The notes: generated by a model not told the origin, from the sequence alone. Shown: positions 11,545 to 22,447, counted from the stretch's first letter. The stretch is 64,000 nucleotides of DNA from Macrostomum lignano (GCA_002269645.1 NIVC01001388.1:234441-298440); one strand, 5' to 3'. A program made the numbers and translations.

Positions 11545-11583
11545 CGCCAGTCGATCATCAGCAGCGAGGAGCCGAGCTCCTGA
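11545..11583 (+). CDS. scrib: Scribble-like putative terminal coding exon (RQSIISSEEPSS*)
   Basis: Acceptor gtttcag|CGC, phase 0, in-frame TGA at 11581-11583. Short, so less certain. Confidence 0.6.
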   Translation, partial: RQSIISSEEPSS

Positions 11584-12019
11584 GGCCGGAGATGCCCCCA
11601 GCTATTCTAGAGGCGCCTGGAAACTAGTATGGCGCAAAATGCAAATTTACGAAGCACACTTATTCACAATTTTCATATAAGTCTCGTCCTTTGTATTGTC
11701 GCGTTTGCTTTGTAGAATTGGTCTTTTAGAATTTTAAACTCGCGCCAAAAATCTTGTTATTGTTTCTTGGAATTCTTGGCCGATATTTTCTTAAGAATTT
11801 TTTAAAGATTTGTTCATTTTTCATTTTTTTTTCATTTGATCAGATGTTTCTACAAGTTTGCTGTTTTTCTTCAACTTTGTTTTGCTGTGTAGAATTTAAC
11901 AATTGAATGAAAAAAATGAATGTTTTTATGCTTTGCTTTGGGTTAATATTTTTACAATATGACAAAACTGTTGATTTTACATAATGCATGTGTACTTTTC
12001 CAAGGCTGTGGCCGGGTCG

Positions 12020-12410
12020 CCTAATAGAACCCTATGGGCACCTAATGTAACCCTATGGGCACCTAATGTAACCCTATGGGCACCTAATATAACCCTATGG
12101 GCACCTAATGTAACCCTATGGGCACATAATGTAACCCTATGGGCACATAATGTAACCCTATGGGCACATAATGTAACCCTATGGGAACATAATGTAACCC
12201 TATGGGCACCTAATGGAACCCCAATAGCGCCTAATGGAATCCTATGAGCGCCTAATGGAACCCTATTGGCGCCTAATGTAACCCATATGGGCGCCTGATG
12301 GAACCCTATTACGGTAGTGCCTAATGAAACCCTACGAGGGCCTAATGAAACCCTTTGGGCGCCTAATGGAACCCTATGCACGCGTAATAAAATTTTGGAT
12401 GCGCCTAATG
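12020..12410. repeat. 21-bp minisatellite (GCACCTAATGTAACCCTATGG), decaying toward the 3' end
   Basis: Read directly. Confidence 0.9.
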
Positions 12411-13524
12411 CAGCTTGAAGGGCGCCTCTCCCGCCTTGGACACAGCTGGCAATTGTCCAGCTCATGAATCGCTTACAGCAGCTGCTTAAGACTTAACTGC
12501 TACATCGGGTTGTGTAGCAGTGCCGCTTGTTACTACCTAAGTCGTCACATTGGTCAGTATTAACTGTTGTATTCTGTCACACGTGTAATCAGGTCAATAA
12601 AATCAATGCATTAACTATAATGACATTAAAACCTTGTTTTCGTGATGATTTTTACATTAGCTTGCTTTCTAAAGGCCCCTGGCAACCAGTAGTATAACTG
12701 ATTCGCTGTTCGATTGTAGTTATTTTCTTTTGGTTTTTTGTAAATTCAGAACAATATGCCCGTTATATGCTACTGTTGTTTCGAGTGTAATTTAAAGTAT
12801 AAAGAAATCGCACGCTTATAAATAAAGCAGGCCATGGCTCAGAGTGCAATCTGAATTTTTCATGTACAAAATGGATAAGCAAGAAAGATATTAGAAACAA
12901 GAAATTTAAGGCAACTGTTTTTATTTATTCATTTTCTTTGTTTTTGTTAATATCAAATTATGAAATCAACTGGCTTACATTTCCTGCTTCGTAAAGTTAT
13001 TTACGCTACATATCGTTATCTGTCCCGGTTAGATATTCTGCTTAACTCAGTAGCAAGTGCGGCAAATGATTACAGTTTATTGAAATAACGCCAGCTTTTT
13101 ATCGCCTTGTCAACAGGGCAGTAATGAAACCAGCTGCTGTATCTTGGCAATTGTATTTGGATGAGCCGGAAACTTTTCTACCTTGTACGCTGGTTCCATC
13201 TTGGCATCAACAAAAGCACGAGTCGAATCCGAGATACAGTGCTCTGTCCTAGCGGACCTCAGCTCATTAGCTTCGCGAGTGATGGCTGGAAACTGGCCCT
13301 GTCAGTCAGTCCAGTGCAGTCCATTGTTGCTGCGCTTATTGGGACAAATTATTTGCATGTAAAAGTACATTTTCATCCTAGTGGCTGAACTGCTGGGTAA
13401 ACTTGCAAGTTTCAATGAGATTTGATGTAAATATAGATGCGATCTCAGTATGAGGCCGCGGTGCATGTACATTGTAGGATTAGATCAGTTAGGTTAGCTT
13501 GTGGGTGCAAAGTAGATTTGTATC

Positions 13525-15090
13525 TAATCTCATTGGGATAGGTACATGTAAGATCTAATCTCACTGGGATTGGTAGATCTATTCTCACTGAGATTGGTTA
13601 GCCCCAATCTCACTAATATTGGTTAGATCTATTCTCACTGGGATTGGTTATAGATCTAATTTCACTATGATTGGTAAGATCTAACTTCACTGGGAATGGT
13701 TAGATCTAATTTCACTGGGATTGTTTAAATTTAAATCTAATCTTACTGGGACTGGTTAGATCTTATTTCACTGGGATTAGTTAGATCTAATCTCACATGC
13801 AGGGATTGGTTAGATCTATTCTCAAAAGGATAGGCAGATCTAATCTCAATAAGATTGGTAAATCTAATTTTAATGAAATTGATAGATAATCTCAATGGGG
13901 TAGGCAAGTTCAATCTCACAAGAAATAAATCTAATCTCAATAAAATTGGTAGGTCTAATCTCCTTGGACACAGAGTTAGATACGCTGCATTGCCTCTTCC
14001 CCCGCATTGGCAAGCGAAGGCTCAAAGTCGAGCAGATCAGCTGTGCATTCCGCCTTTCCATTCGAATATTGTTGCACAAGCAATAAAATAGAATAGGTGA
14101 AAAGTGATCAATGAATGATCTCACCAAGGCCCTCCTCGCCACTCCAGTGCCACTTGGCCGCTGCTCAGCTAATTCCGTATGAGCTGGATTTTAACTAGCG
14201 GAGTTGCAGTGACAGCGCGTGTCCCCCGCGGAGCCAGCAAGCTGCAGATCACGCCAGTTCAGGGTCACGATAACTGGATACACGATTTCGCGAACTACCA
14301 CACACCTAACAGTGTGATTGACAGCTGGGCAGACGTGTGTGAAAATATGCGAGTCGTTTATCTCTGTGTAAAGCATTGTATATAGATTGCAACTGGATTA
14401 CTGTAAACCTAAATACTATAACCATCTAAGTGAGATTAGATCTGCCTATTTCTTCTCATTGAGTTTAGATCTACCTAAATCATTGAGATTAGATCTACCT
14501 AAATCATTGAGATTAGATCTACCTAAATCATTGAGATTAGATCTACCTAAATCATTGAGATTAAATCTACCTAAATCATTGAGATTAGATCTACCTAAAT
14601 CATTGAGATTAGATCTACCTAAATCATTGAGATTAGATCTACCTAAATCATTGAGATTAAATCTACCTAAATCATTGAGATTAGATCTACCTAAATCATT
14701 GAGATTAGATCTACCTAAATCATTGAGATTAGATCTACCTAAATCATTGAGATTAAATCTACCTAAATCATTGAGATTAGATCTACCTAAATCATTGAGA
14801 TTAGATCTACCTAAATCATTGAGATTAAATCTTCCTAAATCATTGAGATTAGATCTACCTAGCTCATTGAGATTAGATCTACCTTTATTCAGTGCGATTA
14901 GATCTACCCAACTCATTAAAATTAGGCCTAACAATCCCAGTGGAATTAGATTAGATCTACCTAATTCAGTGAGATTGGATCTACTTATCTCATTGAGATT
15001 AGATCTACCTATCTCTGTTAGATTACATGTAGATCTACCAATCCCAGTGAGACTAGATCTAGCTGTATTCCAGTTGAGATTAGATCCGGA
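13525..15090. mobile_element. Foldback-like element: two oppositely oriented arrays of a 24-bp unit (13525-13963 and 14428-15090) around a ~460-bp unique spacer
   Basis: Left units such as AGATCTAATCTCACTGGGATTGGT are the reverse complement of right units such as ACCAATCCCAGTGAGACTAGATCT. Right core is (AGATCTACCTAAATCATTGAGATT)n. No transposase seen. Confidence 0.7.
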
Positions 15091-15763
15091 GATCCCCAGA
15101 GAATCCCCCATGATCCATTAAGCACTCCGTGAGCAGTCCCCCCTTCCCAAGATAAGCCATGAGATCGGGTAACTCATCCGCTCGGAGAGCCGCGCACACT
15201 CCCAACTCCAATCTCAGCTCATCAGGTGTCAATTTTCAATCCTGACCTGTCCACTTCGTCAGCATGATGCCCGACTCCTGTATTCCCAGAAATCCTTGAT
15301 CTATATATTCTCACTCTGGTGAATATAAGTGCCCATGATCCGCTACAAGCAGTCAGCTTCTCAATCCTCATCCCCACCCCCTGGGCAGATTTTTGGTCCA
15401 CTTAACCCATCGACCAGCGGGCAGGCAGGGCGGGAAGTCGGCTGTAAAAAAAATGGTTTCCGTTGCCAATAAAATGAGGCCGAGAGGAGGAGCGAAACGA
15501 AGAAATTGATTTGTCCGCTTTCCCTGACACTGCCCTCGCTTGCTTATTCTCCCTTTCTCTTAGAATCTTCCCCATCTTTAGTCACGGGCATTTGATCAAA
15601 GTGGCTATTCTCGATCCCTGTCAAACCCTGGTTCGCGTATCGAATTGTTAATTTTATCCAACATGCAACAGAATGCTTAGTTTGAGCTGCTGAGCGAAGA
15701 CAGAAATTTGTTACATCCTGGCCAATTTTTGTTGGCGTGCAGTAAAACCTGGATGTTTCAATA

Positions 15764-16366
15764 ATCCTGTTAGACAGCAGCTAATCCTGTTAGATAGTAG
15801 CTAATCCTGTTAGATGGTAGCTAATCCTGTTAGATAGTAGCTAATCCTGTCAGATGGTAGCTAATCCTGTTAGATAGTAGCTAATCCTGTTAGATGGTAG
15901 CTAATCCTGTTAGATGGTAGCTAATCCTGTTAGATGGTAGCTAATCCTGTTAGACAGTAGCTAATCCTGTTAGATAGTAGCTAATCCTGTTAGATAGTAG
16001 CTAATCCTGTTAGATAGTAGCTAATCGTGTTAGACAGTAGCTAACCCTGTTAGACAGTAGATAATCCTGTGAGACAGTAGCTAATCCTGTTAGACAGTAG
16101 CTAATCCTGTTAGACAGTAGCTAATCCTGTTAGACAGTAGCTAATCCTGTGAGACAGTAGCTAATCCTGTTAGACAGTAGCTAATCCTGTTAGACAGTAG
16201 CTAATCCTGTTAGACAGTAGCTAATCCTGTTAGATAGTAGCTAATCCTGTTAGATAGTAGCTAATCCTGTTAGACAGTAGCTAATCGTGTTAGACAGTAG
16301 CTAATCTTGTTAGACAGTAGCTAATCCTGATAGACAGTAGCTAATCCTGTTAGACAGTAGCTAATC
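15764..16366. repeat. 20-bp minisatellite (CTAATCCTGTTAGACAGTAG)
   Basis: Read directly, about 30 units. Confidence 0.96.
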
Positions 16367-16859
16367 CGACATAAGTGAGTGAAGAACAAAACAAATAAAT
16401 AACAAGTAAGAAAACTCTCACTACTAATTTAATTGCCAACAAAGCTCTTGAGCGAATGTTCAGCTTATTTTATTTGTAAATAAAAATTATTAGGAAATAT
16501 TTCATCATTGTCCAATAAAAGAAGCGAAAGCAGAACCCACGAACTCTTGTACACTTTTCATTTCTTCATAGCTTTGCATTCAAAAGGTTTTGTTACTATA
16601 ATTTGTACATGGGTTCGTTTGATTGTTAGCTAGCTGTGCAATCAGCAAACTGAAGCATTTTGAATTGGAAAGAGCAGCAAAGCGTAAGCAAAGAGGAAAA
16701 CAATATTAACTGGTGGAGACAAACAGAGACTAGGGAGAGATTGTGGGAGAATCTAGACACTGAGAGGGAGGGGGATGGGGGAGAGTGAGAGAGCAGAGAA
16801 AATGGGGGACATGGAGATACCGATTGTAGAGAGAGAGAAGGAGATTGGGGAGAGGGGGA

Positions 16860-17070
16860 TCAGGAGAGGGGGAGAGGGGAGCAGGAGAGGGGAGCAGGAG
16901 AGGGGAGGAGAGGGGAGCAGGAGAGGGGAGCAGGAGAGGAGAGCAGGAGAGGGGAGCAGGAGAGGGGAGGAGAGGGGAGCAGGAGAGGGGAGCAGGAGAG
17001 GGGAGCAGGAGAGGGGAGCAGGAGAGGGGAGCAGGAGAGAGCAGGAGAGGGGAGCAGGAGAGGGGGGAGA
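16860..17070. repeat. 13-bp purine-rich repeat (GGAGAGGGGAGCA), 3' of the TLR stop
   Basis: Read directly. Confidence 0.92.
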
Positions 17071-17200
17071 TACCAGGACCTGCAGAGAAGACACGAAGGC
17101 AGAGAATCAGCCGCATGAGGAAGAGATGGAAAGGGTGGAAGAAGAGACGGGAGAGTTACTGCAGGCGGATCCCAGAGCACGCAGGCCAGGATTGCCGGCA

Positions 17201-18535
17201 TCAGAGTGACGCCTCGCTGCACTCGAGAACCTCCAGGCCTGTTCCTGGCCCCTCAGGCTCCGCCGGAGAAGCCAGTCGCCGCTGCCGCTGCTGCTGTCGG
17301 TGCTCGTAGCCGATGGTCGCCCAAATCGGTCTCTCCGTGGCGGTCAGCTGACTGGCCAACAACAGCTGCTGCTGAGACTGGGCTGAGCGCAGACTCTGCA
17401 GAGTCCGGAGAGAGTTTCTCCTGGGATCTGAGAGCAGCAGCCGCTGCTGATGCTGATGATGGTGAGGCCGCTGGCAGCCACAGCTGCCGCCGTCCAACCA
17501 GCTTGGCGGCACCTGCTCCGGCGTAGAGAAACCGGCGGAGTCGGACTGGCCGCTGGGAGGCCGCCGCCGGAACCGAAATCTGGCCGCCGCCGACGCCGGC
17601 CGCTGAACCGGCATCCGGTAGAACAGCTGGTCCCAGAAGTCGCGCTGTCCGAATCGCAGCACCACCGCGGCGGCGGCGCCCGAACCGCCTGGCAGGGTCG
17701 GCCAGCGGGACAGCATCGACGTGGACAACGATGTCGGTTTGGCGGGCGTCGGCGGCTGCGGCGGCACCGCCACCACGCAGACGAGGCGTCGGCGGGAGAG
17801 CGGCTCTCCTAGGCAGTCGGCGGCCGCGGCGAACAGCCCGCGCATCTCCGCGTCGGCCGCGAAGCTCGGCGTCACCACGGCGACAACTCGTCGACTGGTG
17901 GCGACGACCTCGGCGACAGTCGGGAAAGCCGGCAGGCCCGGCAAGCGGGCACGCTGGTGGCAGCACAGCGAGTGCCCGCGGCGCAGCAGCTCGGAGGCCA
18001 GCTCGCTGGACACCCAGTCGCCGTCTGTCGGGTGGAACAGCAGGCAGGCATCGCAGCGCTTGCCCTCGCCCGGACAGTCGTCCCTGTCCAGCGGGTGGAA
18101 GCCCCAGCGTGCGTAGAGGCGCACCCGGAATGAGGCGGCCAGCAGCAGCAGGAGGCCGGCCGCGGCCGCCGCGGCTGCCACCAACAGGAGCGACGCCCCG
18201 ACGCCGCAGGCCAGCAGGCGGGCGATGAACAGGCGACGCCGCGAGGCCTCCGAGGCGGACGACATTGACGACGAAGTCGAAGAAGAAGCGGACTTCGGCG
18301 GAGTGTCCGGACAGAGGTCCCGTGGCGACAGGCGCCGCAGCTGCCGGCCAGTCAGGCGACGTGGCGAAGCGCAGCGAGCGTCGGCATCGGAGCCGCGGCT
18401 GGCGAGCCAGTCCGGCAGCCAGGCCGTGCCGGCGCAGTCACAACGCCACGGGTTGCCATGGAGACGGATGTCGCGAAGCCGCCAGAGATGCGTCAGGCTG
18501 GCGACCCGGGGATCGAGCCGGGCAAGGCGGTTGTT
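17201..18535 (-). CDS. Toll-like receptor exon 2: last LRR, LRRCT, transmembrane helix, TIR domain and Ser/Gln-rich tail
   Basis: Acceptor ctttcag|AAC. GNPWRCDC...RCASP (LRRCT), then a hydrophobic TM, then RLYARWGFHPLDRDDC, a TIR with CDACLLF, DWV, LCCHQRARLPG and SRRVVAVVTPSF, and FWDQL. Stop at 17201-17203. Confidence 0.92.
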   Translation of the reverse strand, partial: NNRLARLDPRVASLTHLWRLRDIRLHGNPWRCDCAGTAWLPDWLASRGSDADARCASPRRLTGRQLRRLSPRDLCPDTPPKSASSSTSSSMSSASEASRRRLFIARLLACGVGASLLLVAAAAAAAGLLLLLAASFRVRLYARWGFHPLDRDDCPGEGKRCDACLLFHPTDGDWVSSELASELLRRGHSLCCHQRARLPGLPAFPTVAEVVATSRRVVAVVTPSFAADAEMRGLFAAAADCLGEPLSRRRLVCVVAVPPQPPTPAKPTSLSTSMLSRWPTLPGGSGAAAAVVLRFGQRDFWDQLFYRMPVQRPASAAARFRFRRRPPSGQSDSAGFSTPEQVPPSWLDGGSCGCQRPHHHQHQQRLLLSDPRRNSLRTLQSLRSAQSQQQLLLASQLTATERPIWATIGYEHRQQQRQRRLASPAEPEGPGTGLEVLECSEASL

Positions 18536-18865
18536 CTGAAAGCAGACGGGGTTGCTTGCTTTCGATTCAGTGAGGTTCTGATTGCGATTGTGTCCGGGTG
18601 AAAGTACGAGGGGCATCCCAGAAGTCCGTTCGGTATGTGCCGTTTTTACCATAAACGACGAGTAAAGAGCTCAACCGCTCACGGTTAAGTTTTTAAACTT
18701 TCCTGTTGCACTGTTGCGTTTTTTCGGTGACTGGACGGACTTTTGGGATGCCCCTCGTATGTGTGCCATGGCCGGGAGACTCTCGTTCCATGCGGGCTCA
18801 AATTTCGGCCATTGTTTAACTTAGCAACATGCTAAACAATATGGCTACAATCTAAGGCTAAAAAC

Positions 18866-18912
18866 CAAGGACCACTAGAAGTTACCGTAACGGTAACTTC
18901 TAGTGGTCCTTG
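18866..18912. mobile_element. 47-bp perfect palindrome flanked by an 8-bp direct repeat (CTAAAAAC): minimal MITE or transposon remnant
   Basis: CAAGGACCACTAGAAGTTACCGT-A-ACGGTAACTTCTAGTGGTCCTTG. CTAAAAAC at 18858-18865 and 18913-18920. Confidence 0.75.
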
Positions 18913-19372
18913 CTAAAAACTCCAGGAGTGACATTGCATATGGCTACAAACCCGGAAGTGACATTGCATATGGCTACAAACCCGGGAGTGACATTGCATA
19001 TGGCTACAAACCCGGGAGTGACATTGCATATGGCTACAAACCCCAGGAGTGACATTGCATATGGCTACAAACGCGGGAGTGACATTGTATATGGCTACAA
19101 ACCCGGGAGTGACATTGCATATGGCTACAAACCCCAGGAGTGACATTGCATATGGCTACAAACGCGGGAGTGACATTGCATATGGCTACAAACCCAGGAG
19201 TGACATTGCATATGGCTACAAACCCGGGAGTGACATTGCATATGGCTACAAACCCGGGAGTGACATTGCATATGGCTACGAACCCAGGAGTGACATTGCA
19301 TATGGCTACAAACCCGGGAGTGACATTGCATATGGCTACAAACCCAGGAGTGACATTGCATATGGCTGCAAA
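18913..19372. repeat. 30/31-bp minisatellite (GGAGTGACATTGCATATGGCTACAAACCCG) in the TLR intron
   Basis: Read directly. Confidence 0.96.
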
Positions 19373-19482
19373 GCTCATTTGTTGAAAATGATGGGCAAAT
19401 AAAGAAGCTGATTTGATATTTAAAATTCTTGGACTTTGTCAGCGGGTACGTGGATTTCGGGCCAAAAATCTCAGCCACTCGC

Positions 19483-20841
19483 CTGCAAGTCCAGCAGTTC
19501 CAGACGCTCCAGGCGGCTCAAAAATTTCACCGGCAGCTCCTCAAGTCCGGTGTCACTCAAGTCGAGCGACTCAGCGTTGCGAAACACGTCGGGCATGCCC
19601 GGCAGGCTGGCGGGCAGCTGGCCACCGCTGAAGTTGAACCGGTAGGCGAAGCCATCGCCGAGGCGCGGCAGCTCACGCCGGTGCGGCAGCCGGTCCAGCC
19701 GAGCCCCCGAGCAGTCAACGCTCACCGCGCGTCGCCAGGGCTCAACTGAGCAGACGCACCTGTTGCCGACGCACCGGTCGGTGCAGACCAGATCCGAGCG
19801 CGGGTCCAGCTCGAGCCGGTAGCCGGCCGAGTAGATTATACGTCCAAGTAGATTCGGGGGGCTGTGACACGGTGGCAGCACCGTGTACTTCAACAGCAAG
19901 CTGCTGACATTGCCCGCTGACGAGTTGTACAGTCGGTAGTCTCTGCAGTCGCAGCTGAGCGGGTTGCCAGCCAGATTTGAGAACACCAGAGCACTCCGCT
20001 CGCCCAGCTGTCTGATCACCTCGCCATCGATTTCCCAACCGTCCAGGAGGTCCGTCAGGCTGACGATTCGGTTCTGCGACAAGCTGATCTCCAGTTTGAT
20101 CTCCGACAGGTGGCAGTGCGACCACCAGGCTCGAGGTGACACCCGCTGTAGCCTCGAGCCGCAGCCGTCAGTGAAGAAGTCGAAATCGCCGCCTTCCAAG
20201 CTGAAATTGGCGATGCGGTTGTTGTCCAGCACCAGCACGAGTCGCTTGTCGAAATTCTGTCGCCGAATCAGCAGCGGCCAGGCGGTCAGCGAGTCCAAGG
20301 AGTTGTTGGTCAAGTTGATCTTGTTGAGCCTGACGCCGTGGAAGGCGGCTGAGGAGATCCGCGTGATGCGGTTTCTCGCCAGGCTGAGCAGCTCGAGTCC
20401 CTGCAGTGCGAGGCTGCCCGGTCCCAAAGATTCGAGCCTGTTCGAATCGAGCACCAGGTGTTTAAGCTGGGGGAAGCCATGTGAGGAAAACGCACCGGCT
20501 GGCAGGCTGGAGATCCGATTGTCGCTGAGATCCAGGTACTTCAGCCGGGGAATCCTGCGCAGCTGATCAACCAGGTGCAGCACCTGCGGTCCGATCCGAG
20601 TCAGCGAGATCACCAGGTTTTCGGCCACGCCGCCTGCGCAGCCAAGCAGCGGGCGCAGGCTCTCAGCAGCTCCGGGCGCGAAGCCGCAGTCGGCAGCCAG
20701 ATGTCCCTGACCAAATTCGTACTTCCAGCTGCACCGGCACTGGCTGCTCGGGAAGAACCGCTGGCAGTCTTCCAGCTGCCCGATGGCGAGTGACCCAGCC
20801 CCTAGAAGCAGCAACACAAGCAGCAGACCAGAAGCTAGCAT
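19483..20841 (-). CDS. Toll-like receptor exon 1: signal peptide, LRRNT, LRRs, internal LRRCT (GNPLSCDC), second LRRNT and LRRs (mccTLR/protostome-type ectodomain)
   Basis: ATG at 20841 (MLASGLLLVLLLLGAGSLAIG). LKYLDLSDNRISSL, LKHLVLDSNRLESL and LELLSLARNRITRI are LRRs. CVCSV...VDCSGARLDRLP is the second LRRNT. Exon ends CAG|gcgagt and joins exon 2 as LELLDLQ-NNRLARL. Total 897 aa. Confidence 0.9.
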
Positions 20842-21889
20842 TGTCAACAATTTTTGAGCGTACAACTCTTTGCTTGCCAGAGCTTAAGTCGGTTGGTTTT
20901 AACTCTGGCCGCGGGCACAATGTCCCAGCCATAAATCTTGCAGCCCAGTCTCTGCCCGAACTGCCAAACGCTTCAAACCCTCGTCGTCCAATCCGCGATC
21001 GAGTGAGCATGAGTTTGTTCTCTCGCTATGGCGCAGGCGTACCTTGCCAAAAAAAACTTATTAGCAGATGAGGCACGATGCGTCTGAGAGGAGGGCAGAT
21101 GTGGCTTAGTCGGGCCAACCGTTGTTGGGAAGTTTTTGTTTCCCTCCCAGGTCCAGAAGAAAAACCCGCTCAGCTCTAGCCTCTCTCTGGCTGGGCCGGT
21201 GGAGCCCCGCAAATTCTGTTCTTCTGCCGGCGCAGTACCGCCGTATTTTATTTAGCAAAGAAGCTACGAGAGACTGTTTGAGTGAACCGAGGTGGCCTAT
21301 AAAGGCACAGTCTGGATTGAGCAGCGCTTCTCCAAAAGTGTCCGTTTTTTTAGCTACATCATTTTTTCTCTAATCAGTTCTGAGACACTTCGCCTCATTT
21401 CTTAGAAAGTCTTCAAAAGTATTCGAACTAGCAGTAAAAAAATTGCCACCACAATCTCTCTCCGAATTTTTGTTGAAAATCTCCTTGACTAAGTTGGCAC
21501 AGGGGCGAGAGTTTTCTTTGTTTTTAGCCAGCCACGATAAATTATGCATTTTGTTGGCATGTGGTGCGGACGCCCCGTTAAAGTCTCCGGTGCAGCCAAT
21601 TGATGTAGAAAGTCATTTGTGAAAACTGTTCTATAGTGCTTGTTATTTAGCTTATTGTTGCAGTTCCTGATTGAAAGCTCTAATTAGCTACCTGGCAATA
21701 TTTTGTACGGCTTCCCACCTTGTCAATACATCAATGTAACCGGAGAAAATTGTTCTCAAAAGTTGTTAAAAGCAACACTTTATAGACTGCTTGGAATTTT
21801 CCTGCTTTACTCAATTTTACATATGAAATCGTTGGCAGAATAAAGGTAAAGTGAAGTTTTTTAAAGTTGGCTGCTAGCAGACCCGATCT

Positions 21890-22447
21890 TAACCCAGGAG
21901 TGACATTGCATATGGTACAAACCCAGGAGTGACATTGCATATGGTACAAACCCGGGAGTGACATTGCATATGGTACAAACCCGGGAGTGACATTGCATAT
22001 GGCTACAAACCCGGGAGTGACATTGCATATGGCTACAAACCCGGGAGTGACATTGCATATGGCTACAAACCCCAGGAGTGACATTGCATATGGCTACAAA
22101 CCCGGGAGTGACATTGCATATGGCTACAAACCCGGGAGTGACATTGCATATGGCTACAAACCCCAGGAGTGACATTGCATATGGCTACAAACCCGGGAGT
22201 GACATTGCATATGGCTACAAACCCCAGGAGTGACATTGCATATGGCTACAAACCCGGGAGTGACATTGCATATGGCTACAAACCCGGGAGTGACATTGCA
22301 TATGGCTACAAACCCCAGGAGTGACATTGCATATGGCTACAAACCCGGGAGTGACATTGCACATGGCTACAAACCCCAGGAGTGACATTGCATATGGCTA
22401 CAAACCCCAGGAGTGACATTGCATATGGCTACGATCCCGGGAGTGAC
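21890..22447. repeat. Second array of the same 30/31-bp minisatellite, about 1 kb upstream of the TLR ATG
   Basis: Same unit and orientation as 18913-19372. Confidence 0.96.

Noticed and set aside
14387-15121. LRR-like ORFs (LRLDLPKS / NLNDLGRS repeats)
   Set aside because: They are a translation of the 24-bp DNA repeat arm. No splice context or caps, and the same unit occurs inverted at 13525-13963.
16775-17309. Glu/Arg-rich + strand ORFs next to the TLR stop
   Set aside because: They derive from the 13-bp purine repeat and the antisense of the TLR 3' region; no homology recognised.
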